Origin: Polyangiales bacterium
GTDB lineage: Bacteria; Myxococcota_A; Polyangia; Polyangiales; Polyangiaceae
Direction: 5' to 3'
DNA length: 64,000 nt
NCBI GenBank assembly: GCA_038231275.1
Contig: JBBRLQ010000015.1
Coordinates: forward strand, 149,207 to 213,206
Shown here one piece after another: positions 10,204-19,811 of the stretch. A program made the translations under genes and the position numbers. The notes beneath the pieces were generated by a model. The model was given only the letters and a program-made list of their open reading frames with translations, was not told the origin of the DNA and searched no databases. The number at the start of each line of letters is the position of its first letter. The first letter of the stretch is position 1.

Positions 10204-10560
10204 GTGGGGACCGTGCTCAGCACCAAACCACCGCCGCAGCGCAGAGAGAAGGTGCACCGTCGTGTCGATGTGCAGCCGGAGGACTTGAAGCACCTCGACG
10301 TGCTCCACAAGATCCTGCGCCTCCTCAACGAGCCGAAGCAGAGCGCGGGGCCGCTCGCGCGCCTCATCGTGCGGATGCCGATCCTCGAGGCGCGGGTGCG
10401 ACGCGCCTACCGTGCGCCGCAGTGGTACACGGAGGACGCGTACGGCGAGCCGGATGTCACCACCGTGCTCGTCATGATGGGCAACCGCGGCTTCGAGGCC
10501 GTGCTGCTCGAGCTGCTCGAGGATCTCACGATCCTGAACGGCGAGCTCCAGGGCCAGTGA
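10204..10560 (+). CDS. Small hypothetical protein resembling the N-terminal part of an HDOD domain
   Basis: LARLIVRMPILEARVRRAYRAP...VLVMMG pattern; typical codon usage. Confidence 0.45.
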   Translation: MGTVLSTKPPPQRREKVHRRVDVQPEDLKHLDVLHKILRLLNEPKQSAGPLARLIVRMPILEARVRRAYRAPQWYTEDAYGEPDVTTVLVMMGNRGFEAVLLELLEDLTILNGELQGQ

Positions 10561-11950
10561 CCGCCGCGAGCGGCTTCGACGCGCCTGCTTCCGCGCGCGT
10601 CTTCGCGTGGTCCATCACGCGGCGGTGGATCGCGTGCACGACGCCGTCGCTCCACAGGCGCCAGTAGCTCTCGGGCGTGATGCGCACGTCGACCCAGCTG
10701 CGCGCGACGAGGCGCGTGCGATCTCCTGGCAGGCGCTCGAGCACGAACTGCCCACGCTGGTTTCTCACGTAGCCGTCGAGGTGCGGTTGACGCGGTCCGC
10801 GCCAGAGCGTCGCCTCGACCATCGGATCGGGCTGGGTGTCGATGTGGAACACGAGCTCGCGCGGAGGGTCCCACCTCTCCACCGTCTCGAGCGCGATGCC
10901 CGTCGAGAACTCGCAGCGACGTACGGCGCCGACACGCGGCGCGTCGAGGGTCGCGCGGATCGGATACGCGATGCCCGCGGAGAACGGCAGATGCGCCGGC
11001 GTCTCCATCTCCGCCACCTCCGCGACGAGCGGCCACACGCGCTCGGGTGGCGCGTCGATCACCGTCTCCGTCAGGATGGGCTCTGCCGCGAGCGCCGGCA
11101 GCGGGCTCAGGTGCTCGCCGACGAAGAGGAGCGGCAAGAGGAGGACCGCGCCGAGTAGCGCGGCGTCGAGGTTCTTCCGTGGCATCGATTTGGAGGCCGA
11201 AAACCCGATGAACGCGCCGAGGTACGACGGCAAGACGAAGAGCGGCATCGCCATGACGAGGCACACCGCGCCCTCCATCGCCGCGAAGATGAGCCCCGCC
11301 ACGGCAAAGACCGTCGCCAGCGTGGTCGCCAGCGCCGCCTCGCGAAATCGTCCGTCGGGCTGGAGCCGTCCATAGAACGCGCCCGTCGAGAATCCGGCGA
11401 TGACCGGCGAGCCGATCATGAGCGCGACACCGTAGGAGCCGAGGAGACCGACCGACACCGCCATCGTCCCGAGCGCGAGCACGGTGCCGAGGGCGGCGCT
11501 CATCCAGATGCTCGTCCCCCGGCTCCGCGCCGGCGCGGCGAGCGCGATCTCTCGCCCGGGCTCGCGGTACATCGGCTGCGGAGGAAGCTCCGGCGCGCGC
11601 CCCCGTGACGGCGCTACCGCCATCGCGAGAAAGAAGAGGAGGTTCGCGAAGGGCGTGAAGAAGAGGAGCGCGTAGCTCGCCGACATTCCGATGTCTCGAA
11701 GGCGCCGCACCGTGAGGCCCACCCCCACCGCCGTGAACGGCACCGTCGTCACCGCGAGCGTCCCCCAGTACGCGAGATCTTGCCCCGGGTGAAAGAGCGG
11801 CGCGTCGACGGGGCTGACGTAGAAGAGGAGGGAGTAGGGATGGTGGAAGAGCGTCGCGATCCCGAAGTCGACAGCGACTTTCAGGACGGAGAGGCCCACG
11901 CCCCACGCCAGGTACCCCGCGCGCGAGAGCGGTCGAGATAGTGCGTCCAT
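10526..11950 (-). CDS. Membrane protein with DUF805-like N-terminus and C-terminal SRPBCC domain
   Basis: TVRRLRDIG (DUF805-like); several TM helices; IDAPPERVW and FSTG..ETVERWDPPRELVF; GGAGGGG SD before ATG 11950. Confidence 0.75.
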   Translation of the reverse strand: MDALSRPLSRAGYLAWGVGLSVLKVAVDFGIATLFHHPYSLLFYVSPVDAPLFHPGQDLAYWGTLAVTTVPFTAVGVGLTVRRLRDIGMSASYALLFFTPFANLLFFLAMAVAPSRGRAPELPPQPMYREPGREIALAAPARSRGTSIWMSAALGTVLALGTMAVSVGLLGSYGVALMIGSPVIAGFSTGAFYGRLQPDGRFREAALATTLATVFAVAGLIFAAMEGAVCLVMAMPLFVLPSYLGAFIGFSASKSMPRKNLDAALLGAVLLLPLLFVGEHLSPLPALAAEPILTETVIDAPPERVWPLVAEVAEMETPAHLPFSAGIAYPIRATLDAPRVGAVRRCEFSTGIALETVERWDPPRELVFHIDTQPDPMVEATLWRGPRQPHLDGYVRNQRGQFVLERLPGDRTRLVARSWVDVRITPESYWRLWSDGVVHAIHRRVMDHAKTRAEAGASKPLAAVTGPGARRSGS

Positions 11951-11996
11951 TTCCCCTCCTCTTTCTCGCTGTTCGGTCGTTCGTCGCGCGCGTCGC

Positions 11997-12632
11997 TCAG
12001 GCGCCGCGCGCGGCGTCGAGGATCTTGCGGAGCTCGGCGACGCCTTCGGCGCCGATCGTGTGCTCGATCTCGAACGCGAACACGTCGAGCGCAGTGCGGG
12101 GCCCACCCTCGGTCGGCACGCAGCACAGCTTCGTCCCTTCGACGTTGTCGACGTCGAGCATCAGCATGCCGTGATCGACCGTCACCGGGAACGCGGTGCA
12201 GTAGAACGGCTTCAGGACGGGGACGCGCCCCTCCATGTTCGCCTTCTGGAGGACGCAGCGGCCAACCTTGTTCAAGAAGATGCACCCGCGCGAGGCCGTC
12301 TGCGTGCCGATGGCGACCTTCGACGGAAAATCGTTGTCCTCGACGGTCTCGTCGTCGAACCACTTGGACGGATCCTTGGGCTGATCGTCGTCCATCGTGG
12401 CGATGACCTCGGCGGCGTGCGCGAGGATGCGCTCCTTCTCCACGCGATCGGCGAGGACGCCGGTGCCGCAGCATTGGGAGGTGCACTTGTTCGAGTCGCA
12501 GGCGGCGGCCATGCGGCACTCGAGCATCGATTTCCCGACCTTGATTTCGCCGAGGTGGGAGAGCTTGTGGTTCTTGAGGGTTCCGATCGACGGCTCGGGG
12601 AGCGGGCGATCGTCGTAGATGGGGAGGTTCAA
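11997..12632 (-). CDS. DUF3109 family Cys-cluster protein
   Basis: CDSNKCTSQCCGTG, GCIFL, GRCVLQ, KPFYCTAFP and LCC motifs; TTG start inferred 7 nt after TAAGGT. Confidence 0.7.
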   Translation of the reverse strand: MNLPIYDDRPLPEPSIGTLKNHKLSHLGEIKVGKSMLECRMAAACDSNKCTSQCCGTGVLADRVEKERILAHAAEVIATMDDDQPKDPSKWFDDETVEDNDFPSKVAIGTQTASRGCIFLNKVGRCVLQKANMEGRVPVLKPFYCTAFPVTVDHGMLMLDVDNVEGTKLCCVPTEGGPRTALDVFAFEIEHTIGAEGVAELRKILDAARGA

Positions 12633-12642
12633 GGGGCGGACC

Positions 12643-13590
12643 TTACGACGGGGACGACGGGCTCGCAATCGGGAGGAGCGCGGCGCCGAAGACTCCGGCG
12701 CTGTCGCCGAGCGCGTTCTTGACGATGCGGGTCGTGAGCCGGTCGGTGAAGGCCCAGCGCGCCACCGCCGCGACGCCGTCGGTGTAGAGGCGGTCCACGT
12801 TCGAGACGCCACCCCCGAGGACGACCACCTCCGGATCAAGGACCGCGAGCACCGTCGCAAGCGCGCGGCCGAACGTGTCGACCGCCGCATCGAGGACCGC
12901 GACAGCGTCTGCGTCGGAGCTCGATGCGAACGCGGCGAGCTTGACGTGTCGGCCGGTGCGCGCCTCGTAGGCGGCCTCGATCGCGGGCCCCTTCAGGTAC
13001 TGCTCCACGCACCCGCGCCTGCCGCAGTAGCACGCGGGTCCCGAGATCGGGTCGAGCACGATGTGGCCCCATTCGCCCGCGATTCCCTGCGCTCCGTCCC
13101 ACACGCGCGGCGATCCGGACGGGTCGCGAAAAACGACGCCTCCTCCCACGCCGGTGCCGAGGATCACACCGAACGCGACGGTCGCGCCTGCGGCGGCGCC
13201 GAACGTGGCCTCCGCAAGGGCGAAGCAGTTCGCGTCGTTCGCGAAGGCGACAGGCACGCCGAGCGCGGCCTCGAGGTCGGCGCGGAACGGGCGGCCGTTG
13301 AGGCACGTCGTGTTCGAGTTCTTCACGACCGGCACGCCGTCCTTCACCGTCGTCGATCCCGGCATCCCGACACCGACCGGCGGTGGCGACGCGAGCCCTG
13401 CTTCTTTTGCGACCTCGAGCACGAGCCCACGCGTGCGAGTGACGATGTGCGCGTAGCCACTGTCGCGCTCGGTGGGGATTCGTTTTCGTGCGAGCACCTC
13501 GGGAAGTGCATGCGGGTCCGCGCTCAGGCGCAGCACGACCGCCTCGGTCTTCGTTCCGCCGAGATCCACCCCGAGCCGCAACGCCGTCAT
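12643..13590 (-). CDS. ROK family sugar kinase (Mak/fructokinase-like)
   Basis: GVDLGGTK, ANDANCFALAEA, ILGTGVGGG, AGEWGH and CYCGRRGCVE motifs. Confidence 0.9.
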   Translation of the reverse strand: MTALRLGVDLGGTKTEAVVLRLSADPHALPEVLARKRIPTERDSGYAHIVTRTRGLVLEVAKEAGLASPPPVGVGMPGSTTVKDGVPVVKNSNTTCLNGRPFRADLEAALGVPVAFANDANCFALAEATFGAAAGATVAFGVILGTGVGGGVVFRDPSGSPRVWDGAQGIAGEWGHIVLDPISGPACYCGRRGCVEQYLKGPAIEAAYEARTGRHVKLAAFASSSDADAVAVLDAAVDTFGRALATVLAVLDPEVVVLGGGVSNVDRLYTDGVAAVARWAFTDRLTTRIVKNALGDSAGVFGAALLPIASPSSPS

Positions 13591-13598
13591 CGCGAGGG

Positions 13599-13615
13599 AG
13601 CTTACCGTGTACCCT
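13599..13615. promoter_or_regulatory. Putative back-to-back -10 elements (bidirectional promoter)
   Basis: TAAGCT on minus (13599-13604) and TACCCT on plus (13610-13615) lie between divergent starts only 31 bp apart. Confidence 0.45.
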
Positions 13616-13621
13616 CGGAGC

Positions 13622-14287
13622 GTGCGCGATCCGGTCGAGCGCGAGCGTTTCATCATGACCCACACGGCGGCGCTCGACGTGCCGTTCGTACCGGGCGTGC
13701 GCCTCCAGCTGGCGACGAGCGAGGTCACCTCGTTGTGGATGGCCACCGAGACGTGGCTTCGCGAGCGCAACGTGCCGATGCCGTTCTGGGCGTTCGCGTG
13801 GGCCGGCGGGCAGGCCCTCGCGCGCTACCTCCTCGACGCGCGCGAGACCGTGAACGGCAAGCGCGTGCTCGATTTCGCCTGCGGCAGCGGTCTCGTGGGC
13901 ATCGCGGCGATGCACGCAGGGGCGGCGTCGGTGTCGGCGGTCGACATCGATCCGTTCGCGGCGACGGCGTGCGCGCTCAACGCCGAGGCGAACGGCGTCG
14001 CGCTCGAAATCGTGTGCGAGGACCTCGTGGGCGGCCGGCTGCCGCGCGTCGACGTCGTGACCGCGGGGGACATCTGGTACGAGGCGGGCCCCGCCGATCG
14101 CTTCGCCACCTGGTTACGACGCATCGCGGCAGACGGCGTTCGCGTGCTGACCGCCGATCCGGGTCGGGCGTACGTGCCCACCGAGGGCGTGCGGGAGCTC
14201 GCCCGCTACGACGTGCCGACGCCCATCGAGCTCGAGGGGTCTCCTTTTCGTACCACGCGCGTCCTCGAGCTGCTGCCGCCCGCGTAA
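13622..14287 (+). CDS. Class I SAM-dependent protein methyltransferase (Methyltransf_16/PrmA-like)
   Basis: PFWAFAWAGGQALARY, VLDFACGSG, GDIWYE and DPGRAY motifs. Confidence 0.85.
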   Translation: MRDPVERERFIMTHTAALDVPFVPGVRLQLATSEVTSLWMATETWLRERNVPMPFWAFAWAGGQALARYLLDARETVNGKRVLDFACGSGLVGIAAMHAGAASVSAVDIDPFAATACALNAEANGVALEIVCEDLVGGRLPRVDVVTAGDIWYEAGPADRFATWLRRIAADGVRVLTADPGRAYVPTEGVRELARYDVPTPIELEGSPFRTTRVLELLPPA

Positions 14288-14368
14288 GTGCTAGGCTGTC
14301 GCGCCGCGTGACGTCGCCGGGGAAGATCCCTTCGGCGCGCACGTAGATGCCCCCGAGGAATTCCGCTC

Positions 14369-16714
14369 ATGATCCTTACCGGACGACGCGCCGCGCGCCT
14401 TCTCACCGCAATCGTGGCCCTCGCCGGCGGAGCCATCGCCTCCCAGGGGTGTGGCGCCGACACCACCGGCAACATCGTTGCCGACGGCGGCGCCGACGCG
14501 CTCCCCGACGACGACGGAGCGACCCCGAAGCCCGTCTGCGGCGACGGCGTCACCGCGCGACCCGAGCAGTGCGACGACACGAACAAGGTGAACGGCGACG
14601 GCTGCGACGACGACTGCAGCTTCAGCTGCGACGCGACCGATCCGCACGGCCTCTCCAAGTGCGACACGAACCCCTGCAAGGGCGCGCTCTCGTGCAGCGC
14701 CGCGCACGTGTGCACGTACGCCGGCGCGCTCGCCGACGGCGCCGACTGCGGCGGCGGCAAGATTTGCAGCGGCGGAAAGTGCACCGCGACGGTGTGCGGC
14801 GACGGCGTGGTCACGGCCCCCGAAGAGTGCGACGACGCGAACGGCACCGCGGGCGACGGCTGCGAACCGACCTGCAAGTTCACCTGCGTCACCAGCGACG
14901 CGACGCGAAACTGCACCCCCGCCGACTCCTGCGCCGGACAGGGTACGTGCAGCGACACCAAGCACACGTGCTCTCCTGGCACCCCGCTCCCAAACGGCAC
15001 CGGCTGCGGTCCGTCCGGACAAGGTGAGGTCTGCATCGGCGGCGTCTGCAAGCCGCCGGCGTGCGGCGACGGCGCGGTCGAGGCCGGTGAGGACTGCGAC
15101 TTCGGCAACGGCAACGGGGTCGGCACCGGCTGCGAGGCCAACTGCAAATTCTCCTGCAAGAAATCCCCGGAGTCGTGCGTCACCGTCGACTTGTGCGCGG
15201 GAACGAACGCGTGCACGACGGTCACCGTCAGCGGCGCCTCCGGCCAGAAATGCGTGACGGGCACTCCCCCGCCCGACGGCACCTCGTGCGGCAACGGCGG
15301 CGTCTGCGCCGGCGGACTCTGCAAGCTGGCCACGTGCGGCAACGGGACGATCGAGGCCGGCGAGCAGTGCGACTTCGGCACCGGCGCCAACGGCCCCGGC
15401 ACCGGCTGCGAGCTCGACTGCCAGTTCTCCTGCCAGACGACGCCCACCGACTCGTGCCCCAGCTCGGACCCGTGCAGCGCGGCGCCGCAGAAATGCTCGG
15501 CGGTCAGCGTCGGCGGCAAGCCCGGGCAGAAGTGCCAGCCGCAAGCCACGATCGCCCAGTGCGGCACGTGCGGCGGCAGCAACATCTGCGTCGGCAACGT
15601 CTGCAAGGCGAAGGCGTGCGGCGACCTCTGCGTGACGAGCCCCGAGTCGTGCGATCCGCCGAACGGCACCACGTGCAGCCCGACGTGCACCAGCATCGTG
15701 TGCGGCGACGGCAAGCGCGAAGGCAAGGAGCAGTGCGACGACGGCCAGCTGCCGCCGAAGAACCTGGACGGCTGCGACGCGACCTGTAAATTCGAGCAGG
15801 ACCACCGCGCCAACGGCGTCACCCTCCTCTACAACCCGTCGGCGCTCTGCAGCTCGAACAACGCGCTCGGCTCGGCCATCGCGTCGGCGGCGCAGGGCAC
15901 GCTCCAGAGCTCGCTCAACACTGGCGTGAAGGACGGCTCGACCACGATCATGCTCAAATTCCTGGGCCTGACGGATCTGACGGGCACGAGCCAACCGAGC
16001 CTGCAAGTCGGCGGGCTCGGCGGCAAGCCGGTCGCCGGCGCCGCGTACGACGGCACGAACGATCTCGAGTGGTGGTACACGACCGACCCGAGCAGCATCG
16101 ACGTCGCGCGCAACCCGAAGACGTTCTTGAACGGGAGCATCGTCGCCAAGCTCCTCGACGCGACGGGCACGCTGGATCTCGGCATCTCCCTCGCGGGCGG
16201 GCCGACGGTGCTGCACATGTCCGGCGCGCACCTCCGCTCGAACATCGGCGGGACGACGAAGCCCGCGATCTCGAGCGGCGCGACCCCGGGCCACCTCGTG
16301 AGCGAGAACCTCGATCCCGCGCTCATGAGCTTTGCCACGACCTCGAACGGCGAGCTGTGCGGCAACATCAGCGCGGCGTCGCTGGCGACCGTGCCGGTGC
16401 CGGCCGCGCTCCTCTCCGGCGTCGGCGCGTGCAGCCAAGGCTACAGCGCGAACAATCACCTCCTCGATGTGCTCGTCGGCGGATGCAACGGCTTCCTCGG
16501 CATCGCCGAGGTCAACCCGACGCAGCCCGATCAGTTCGATCCGGCGGCGCCGCCGGCCGGGCAAGGTGCACCCTACAAGCTCACGATGACCGGCACGACG
16601 GTGACCGGCTGCCGTGACAAGGCGAACGCGGTGGTGAGCCTCCCGGTGTGCCTCGCCGCGGCGGCGTACTCGAGCGACTTCAACTTCACCACCGACCGCG
16701 TCATCGCGAAGTGA
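14369..16714 (+). CDS. Cys-rich repeat lipoprotein (Myxococcales disulfide repeat/DUF4215)
   Basis: Lipobox-like SQGC; six CGDG/CGNG-type units such as CGDG..EQCDD..GDGC; unique C-terminal domain. Confidence 0.8.
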   Translation: MILTGRRAARLLTAIVALAGGAIASQGCGADTTGNIVADGGADALPDDDGATPKPVCGDGVTARPEQCDDTNKVNGDGCDDDCSFSCDATDPHGLSKCDTNPCKGALSCSAAHVCTYAGALADGADCGGGKICSGGKCTATVCGDGVVTAPEECDDANGTAGDGCEPTCKFTCVTSDATRNCTPADSCAGQGTCSDTKHTCSPGTPLPNGTGCGPSGQGEVCIGGVCKPPACGDGAVEAGEDCDFGNGNGVGTGCEANCKFSCKKSPESCVTVDLCAGTNACTTVTVSGASGQKCVTGTPPPDGTSCGNGGVCAGGLCKLATCGNGTIEAGEQCDFGTGANGPGTGCELDCQFSCQTTPTDSCPSSDPCSAAPQKCSAVSVGGKPGQKCQPQATIAQCGTCGGSNICVGNVCKAKACGDLCVTSPESCDPPNGTTCSPTCTSIVCGDGKREGKEQCDDGQLPPKNLDGCDATCKFEQDHRANGVTLLYNPSALCSSNNALGSAIASAAQGTLQSSLNTGVKDGSTTIMLKFLGLTDLTGTSQPSLQVGGLGGKPVAGAAYDGTNDLEWWYTTDPSSIDVARNPKTFLNGSIVAKLLDATGTLDLGISLAGGPTVLHMSGAHLRSNIGGTTKPAISSGATPGHLVSENLDPALMSFATTSNGELCGNISAASLATVPVPAALLSGVGACSQGYSANNHLLDVLVGGCNGFLGIAEVNPTQPDQFDPAAPPAGQGAPYKLTMTGTTVTGCRDKANAVVSLPVCLAAAAYSSDFNFTTDRVIAK

Positions 16715-17544
16715 CCCGCACCGCCAGCCGTACGGCCCTCCTCGTCGCGGCCTACCGCGCGCGTCACTCGGCGCGCGAAGGTGCAGTCGCGACCGATCCG
16801 TGGGCCGCTCGGCTCGCCGGCGACGACGGGGCGGCGCTCGCCGACGCGCAAGACGCGCTCTACCCGCACCTCGAGCTCTGGGTCGGCGTGCGCACCGCGT
16901 ACCTCGACGCGCACGTCGCGACCTGGACGTCGGCGCCGCATGATTTCCGGCAGATCGTGATCCTAGGCGCTGGGCTCGACATGCGCGCGTTTCGCCTCGC
17001 GAAGCCCGGCGTTCGCTTCTTCGAGGTCGATCACCCCGCGAGCCAGGCCGACAAGCTCGCGCGCCTCGATGCGATCGGCGCGCACCCGAACGACAAGGCG
17101 TCGTACGTCGCGTGCGACTTCGAGACGCAGAGCTTCGCCGACCAGCTAGGCGCGGCCGGCTTCGATCGCAACGCGCCGGCGCTCGTCGTGTGGGAGGGCG
17201 TGACGCCGTACCTCCGCGAGCCCGCCATCCGAGCGACGCTCCGCGCGATAGCGACGCGCTGCCATCCGCGATCGATCGTCGTCTTCGATCACCTCTTGAA
17301 GCGCGTCGTGCAGCGGACGGAGAAGAAGGACGACACGCAGGCGTTCGTCGACGCCCTCGGCGAGGTGGTCGTGTGGGGAACCAACGATCCCGTCCCCATG
17401 CTCTTCGAAGAGGGATTCCGCCATGCGCGCAGCCTCGCGTTCGACGAGGCGTGCCTCACGCTGACGGGCACCTACGTGCGCGAGCGCGAGTTCCGTTTCC
17501 AGCGAATCGTGTGGGCGAGCGTCACGGCGCCCGGCCCGATCTGA
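16711..17544 (+). CDS. SAM-dependent methyltransferase (LCM/ML2640 family)
   Basis: TALLVAAYRA, DPWA, RTAYLD, QIVILGAGLDMRAFRL, FEVDHP and WEGVTPYL motifs; GTGA overlap with the upstream stop. Confidence 0.88.
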   Translation: MTRTASRTALLVAAYRARHSAREGAVATDPWAARLAGDDGAALADAQDALYPHLELWVGVRTAYLDAHVATWTSAPHDFRQIVILGAGLDMRAFRLAKPGVRFFEVDHPASQADKLARLDAIGAHPNDKASYVACDFETQSFADQLGAAGFDRNAPALVVWEGVTPYLREPAIRATLRAIATRCHPRSIVVFDHLLKRVVQRTEKKDDTQAFVDALGEVVVWGTNDPVPMLFEEGFRHARSLAFDEACLTLTGTYVREREFRFQRIVWASVTAPGPI

Positions 17545-17551
17545 CGCGGCT

Positions 17552-18640
17552 TCACGCGCCGAGCTCGCGTCGCACGATCTTCGCGCCGGCCACGAGCGCG
17601 CGGAGCTTCTGCACGGCGCACGGACGCGGGAGCTGCTTCATCCCGCAGTCGGTGGTCAACGTGACGCGCTCGGCGGGGACGACCTTCAGCACCTTCCGGA
17701 TTCGCGCGGCGACTTGCTCGGGGTCCTCCACCTCGAGCGAGCGCACGTCGATGACGCCGGCAGCGACGGACTTGTCCTTCGGCATGTCGGCGAGGCACGC
17801 CACGTCGTCCATCTCGCGGCACGCGAAGTCGAGGACGTACTCGTCGACCGCCGCGTCCCAGTAGTGCGGGAGGATCTTCGCGTAGCCCCCCGCCGTCATG
17901 CCTTGCATCTTGTTGCCCCACGCGTTTCCCAGGCAAAAATGCCAGGACTTGCGCACGGTGACTCCGTCGAGCACCTCGCGAACGATGTCTTTCATCCACG
18001 CGTAGTCCTTGTCGCCCGAGAGCGTCGGGATCCACGCGCCGAGATCTTCGAGCTGGACCATCTCGCATCCCGCCTCGACGAGCTCCTTGATCTCCGCGTT
18101 GAAGATCCCCGCGAGGGCGTGCGACAGCGCGTAGCGATCCTTGATGGGGCCGCTCTTGAAGTGCGCGAGCGTCGAGAGCTGCACCGGCCCCGCGCCGACG
18201 CACGCCTTGATGGGGCGCTCGGTGTTCTTCTGCGCCATCCGGTAGAGCGCCGCCATCCGGATCGGCCCGCGCGTGATCGGGCCTTCTACCGCGACGCCGC
18301 CCGCCTCGTCGAGCGACCACTCGTCTCGCCCCTTCGCGCGCGACGCCGCGGGGTGCGGCAGCTTCTCCTTGCCGAAGCCGTGCACGCGCTCGAGCCAGTA
18401 CCAGAGGAACGAGCCGATCCCCATCGCGTAGTCGTCGAACCACATCTGCCCGTCGGTGAGGACGTCGAGGCCCGCGAGCTCCTGATCGCGCAGCGTCGTG
18501 CGCACGGCGTCCTCGAACGCCTCCTTGTGCGGCGCCACCTTGAAGGCCTCGAGCACGTCGCGACCGGCGAGCTGCCAGGTGAACCACGCCGGACGCGGGT
18601 ACGAGCCGACCATGGTGGTGGGGAGGAGGGGCAGCTTCAT
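17552..18640 (-). CDS. Core (single-barrel) cobalamin-independent methionine synthase-like zinc enzyme
   Basis: PTTMVGSYPRP, QELAGLDVLTDGQ; Zn ligands HFC and TTDCG; GVIDV. Confidence 0.85.
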   Translation of the reverse strand: MKLPLLPTTMVGSYPRPAWFTWQLAGRDVLEAFKVAPHKEAFEDAVRTTLRDQELAGLDVLTDGQMWFDDYAMGIGSFLWYWLERVHGFGKEKLPHPAASRAKGRDEWSLDEAGGVAVEGPITRGPIRMAALYRMAQKNTERPIKACVGAGPVQLSTLAHFKSGPIKDRYALSHALAGIFNAEIKELVEAGCEMVQLEDLGAWIPTLSGDKDYAWMKDIVREVLDGVTVRKSWHFCLGNAWGNKMQGMTAGGYAKILPHYWDAAVDEYVLDFACREMDDVACLADMPKDKSVAAGVIDVRSLEVEDPEQVAARIRKVLKVVPAERVTLTTDCGMKQLPRPCAVQKLRALVAGAKIVRRELGA

Positions 18641-18651
18641 GGGGAAGGATG

Positions 18652-19278
18652 CTACCCCTTGCGGGCGACGCCGCGCACCATCGTCCGAACGAGCGGAAAC
18701 GCCTTCCGAGCGCTCTCCCGCGTCTCGCCCGCAACGTCGAAGCCGGCGGCGCGGATCGTCTCCGACGTTCGACGCGTCAGTCGGCAGCCGCCGGCGATGG
18801 AGGTCCACAGCGGCTCGATGCGCTCTTGCCAGCGGAGGCGGCCGGCGTCGTGATCGGCGGCGACGTGCTCGATGTAGACGAACGCGCCGCCCGGGACGAG
18901 GACGCGGCGGATCTCGGCGAGGGCATGCGCGGGCTCGGGCACCGTGCAAAGGACGAGGGTGCCGACGACGGCGTCGAACGATCCGTCGGGAAACGGAAGC
19001 GCGTCGACCGAGGCGTCGCTCTCTTCGGCCAGGCCGCCAAGCTCGCGGTTCTTCTTCGTGAGCTTCGCGCGCATGTTCGCGTCGGGCTCGGTGACGACGA
19101 GGCGCGTCAGCGTCCGCGGGTAAAACGGCAGGTTGACCCCGGTGCCCGCGCCGATCTCGAGCACCCGACCGCGCAGATCCCCGAGGAGCGCGCGCCGCCA
19201 CGCCGACAAGCTCGCGCGCTCCATCGAGCCCATGAACGTGTCGTAAATCGTCGCCATGAACAGGGAGGAGAGGGACAC
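18652..19278 (-). CDS. Class I SAM-dependent methyltransferase (Methyltransf_11)
   Basis: VLEIGAGTGVNL, LPFPDGSFDAVV, LCTVP, RVLVPGG and GGCRLTR motifs. Confidence 0.9.
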   Translation of the reverse strand: MSLSSLFMATIYDTFMGSMERASLSAWRRALLGDLRGRVLEIGAGTGVNLPFYPRTLTRLVVTEPDANMRAKLTKKNRELGGLAEESDASVDALPFPDGSFDAVVGTLVLCTVPEPAHALAEIRRVLVPGGAFVYIEHVAADHDAGRLRWQERIEPLWTSIAGGCRLTRRTSETIRAAGFDVAGETRESARKAFPLVRTMVRGVARKG

Positions 19279-19337
19279 ACCGGTGGGATACCAGCTTCAT
19301 GGGTTGACGGGGGGAGAGAGGGACCTAACTTGATAGG

Positions 19338-19691
19338 GTGAACGCCACCCTCGCAAAGGCCGCGCACGCCTCGATCAGCCCAGCGGCGGTCCCCGCCAGC
19401 CGCAAGAAGCTAGCCCTCGGGATCGCGGCGATCGCCGACCTGATCCAGATTGGCTACTTCCCCATCTTCGGCGAAGGAGCCCTCTCGCCGCCGGATGACG
19501 TGCTCGATGTCGCGATCGCCGTCATTCTCGTGCTGGTGCTCGGCTTCCGATGGCGCCTCGCGATGGCGATGGCGATGGAGCTCGTCCCGGGCGCGACGCT
19601 GTTCCCGACGTGGACTGCTGTGGTCTTGACGCTGCCGACGCTGCCGGCCGCCGACGATGCGACGCGCGCGCGCTCGTCGCTCAACACGTAG
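19338..19691 (+). CDS. Hypothetical membrane protein
   Basis: Hydrophobic segments, ELVPG..LFPTWT motif; GTG 6 nt after TAACTT. Confidence 0.65.
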   Translation: MNATLAKAAHASISPAAVPASRKKLALGIAAIADLIQIGYFPIFGEGALSPPDDVLDVAIAVILVLVLGFRWRLAMAMAMELVPGATLFPTWTAVVLTLPTLPAADDATRARSSLNT

Positions 19692-19798
19692 GCGGCTCGT
19701 CTGCGCCACGTAGACGGCTCGTCTACGTGGCGACTTCAGGCGGCCCTGTCGCCGGGCGCGGCCACCACGCCTCGGTTGCCGGCGTGGTGGGTCGCGTC
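19685..19798. repeat. Intergenic palindromes between convergent genes (REP-like/terminator)
   Basis: Perfect 13-bp-arm hairpin CGCCACGTAGACG-gct-CGTCTACGTGGCG at 19704-19732, a degenerate direct copy at 19685-19705, and a second GC-rich hairpin at about 19757-19798. Confidence 0.6.
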
Positions 19799-19811
19799 TC
19801 CTTGCGCCGTA

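Noticed and set aside
9308..19278. Methyltransferase-rich stretch as a biosynthetic gene cluster
   Set aside because: The methyltransferases belong to unrelated families on mixed strands, with no PKS/NRPS/RiPP core enzyme nearby
19279..19337. SAM or cobalamin riboswitch upstream of the MetE-like operon
   Set aside because: Only about 60 bp of intergenic DNA and no recognisable riboswitch consensus
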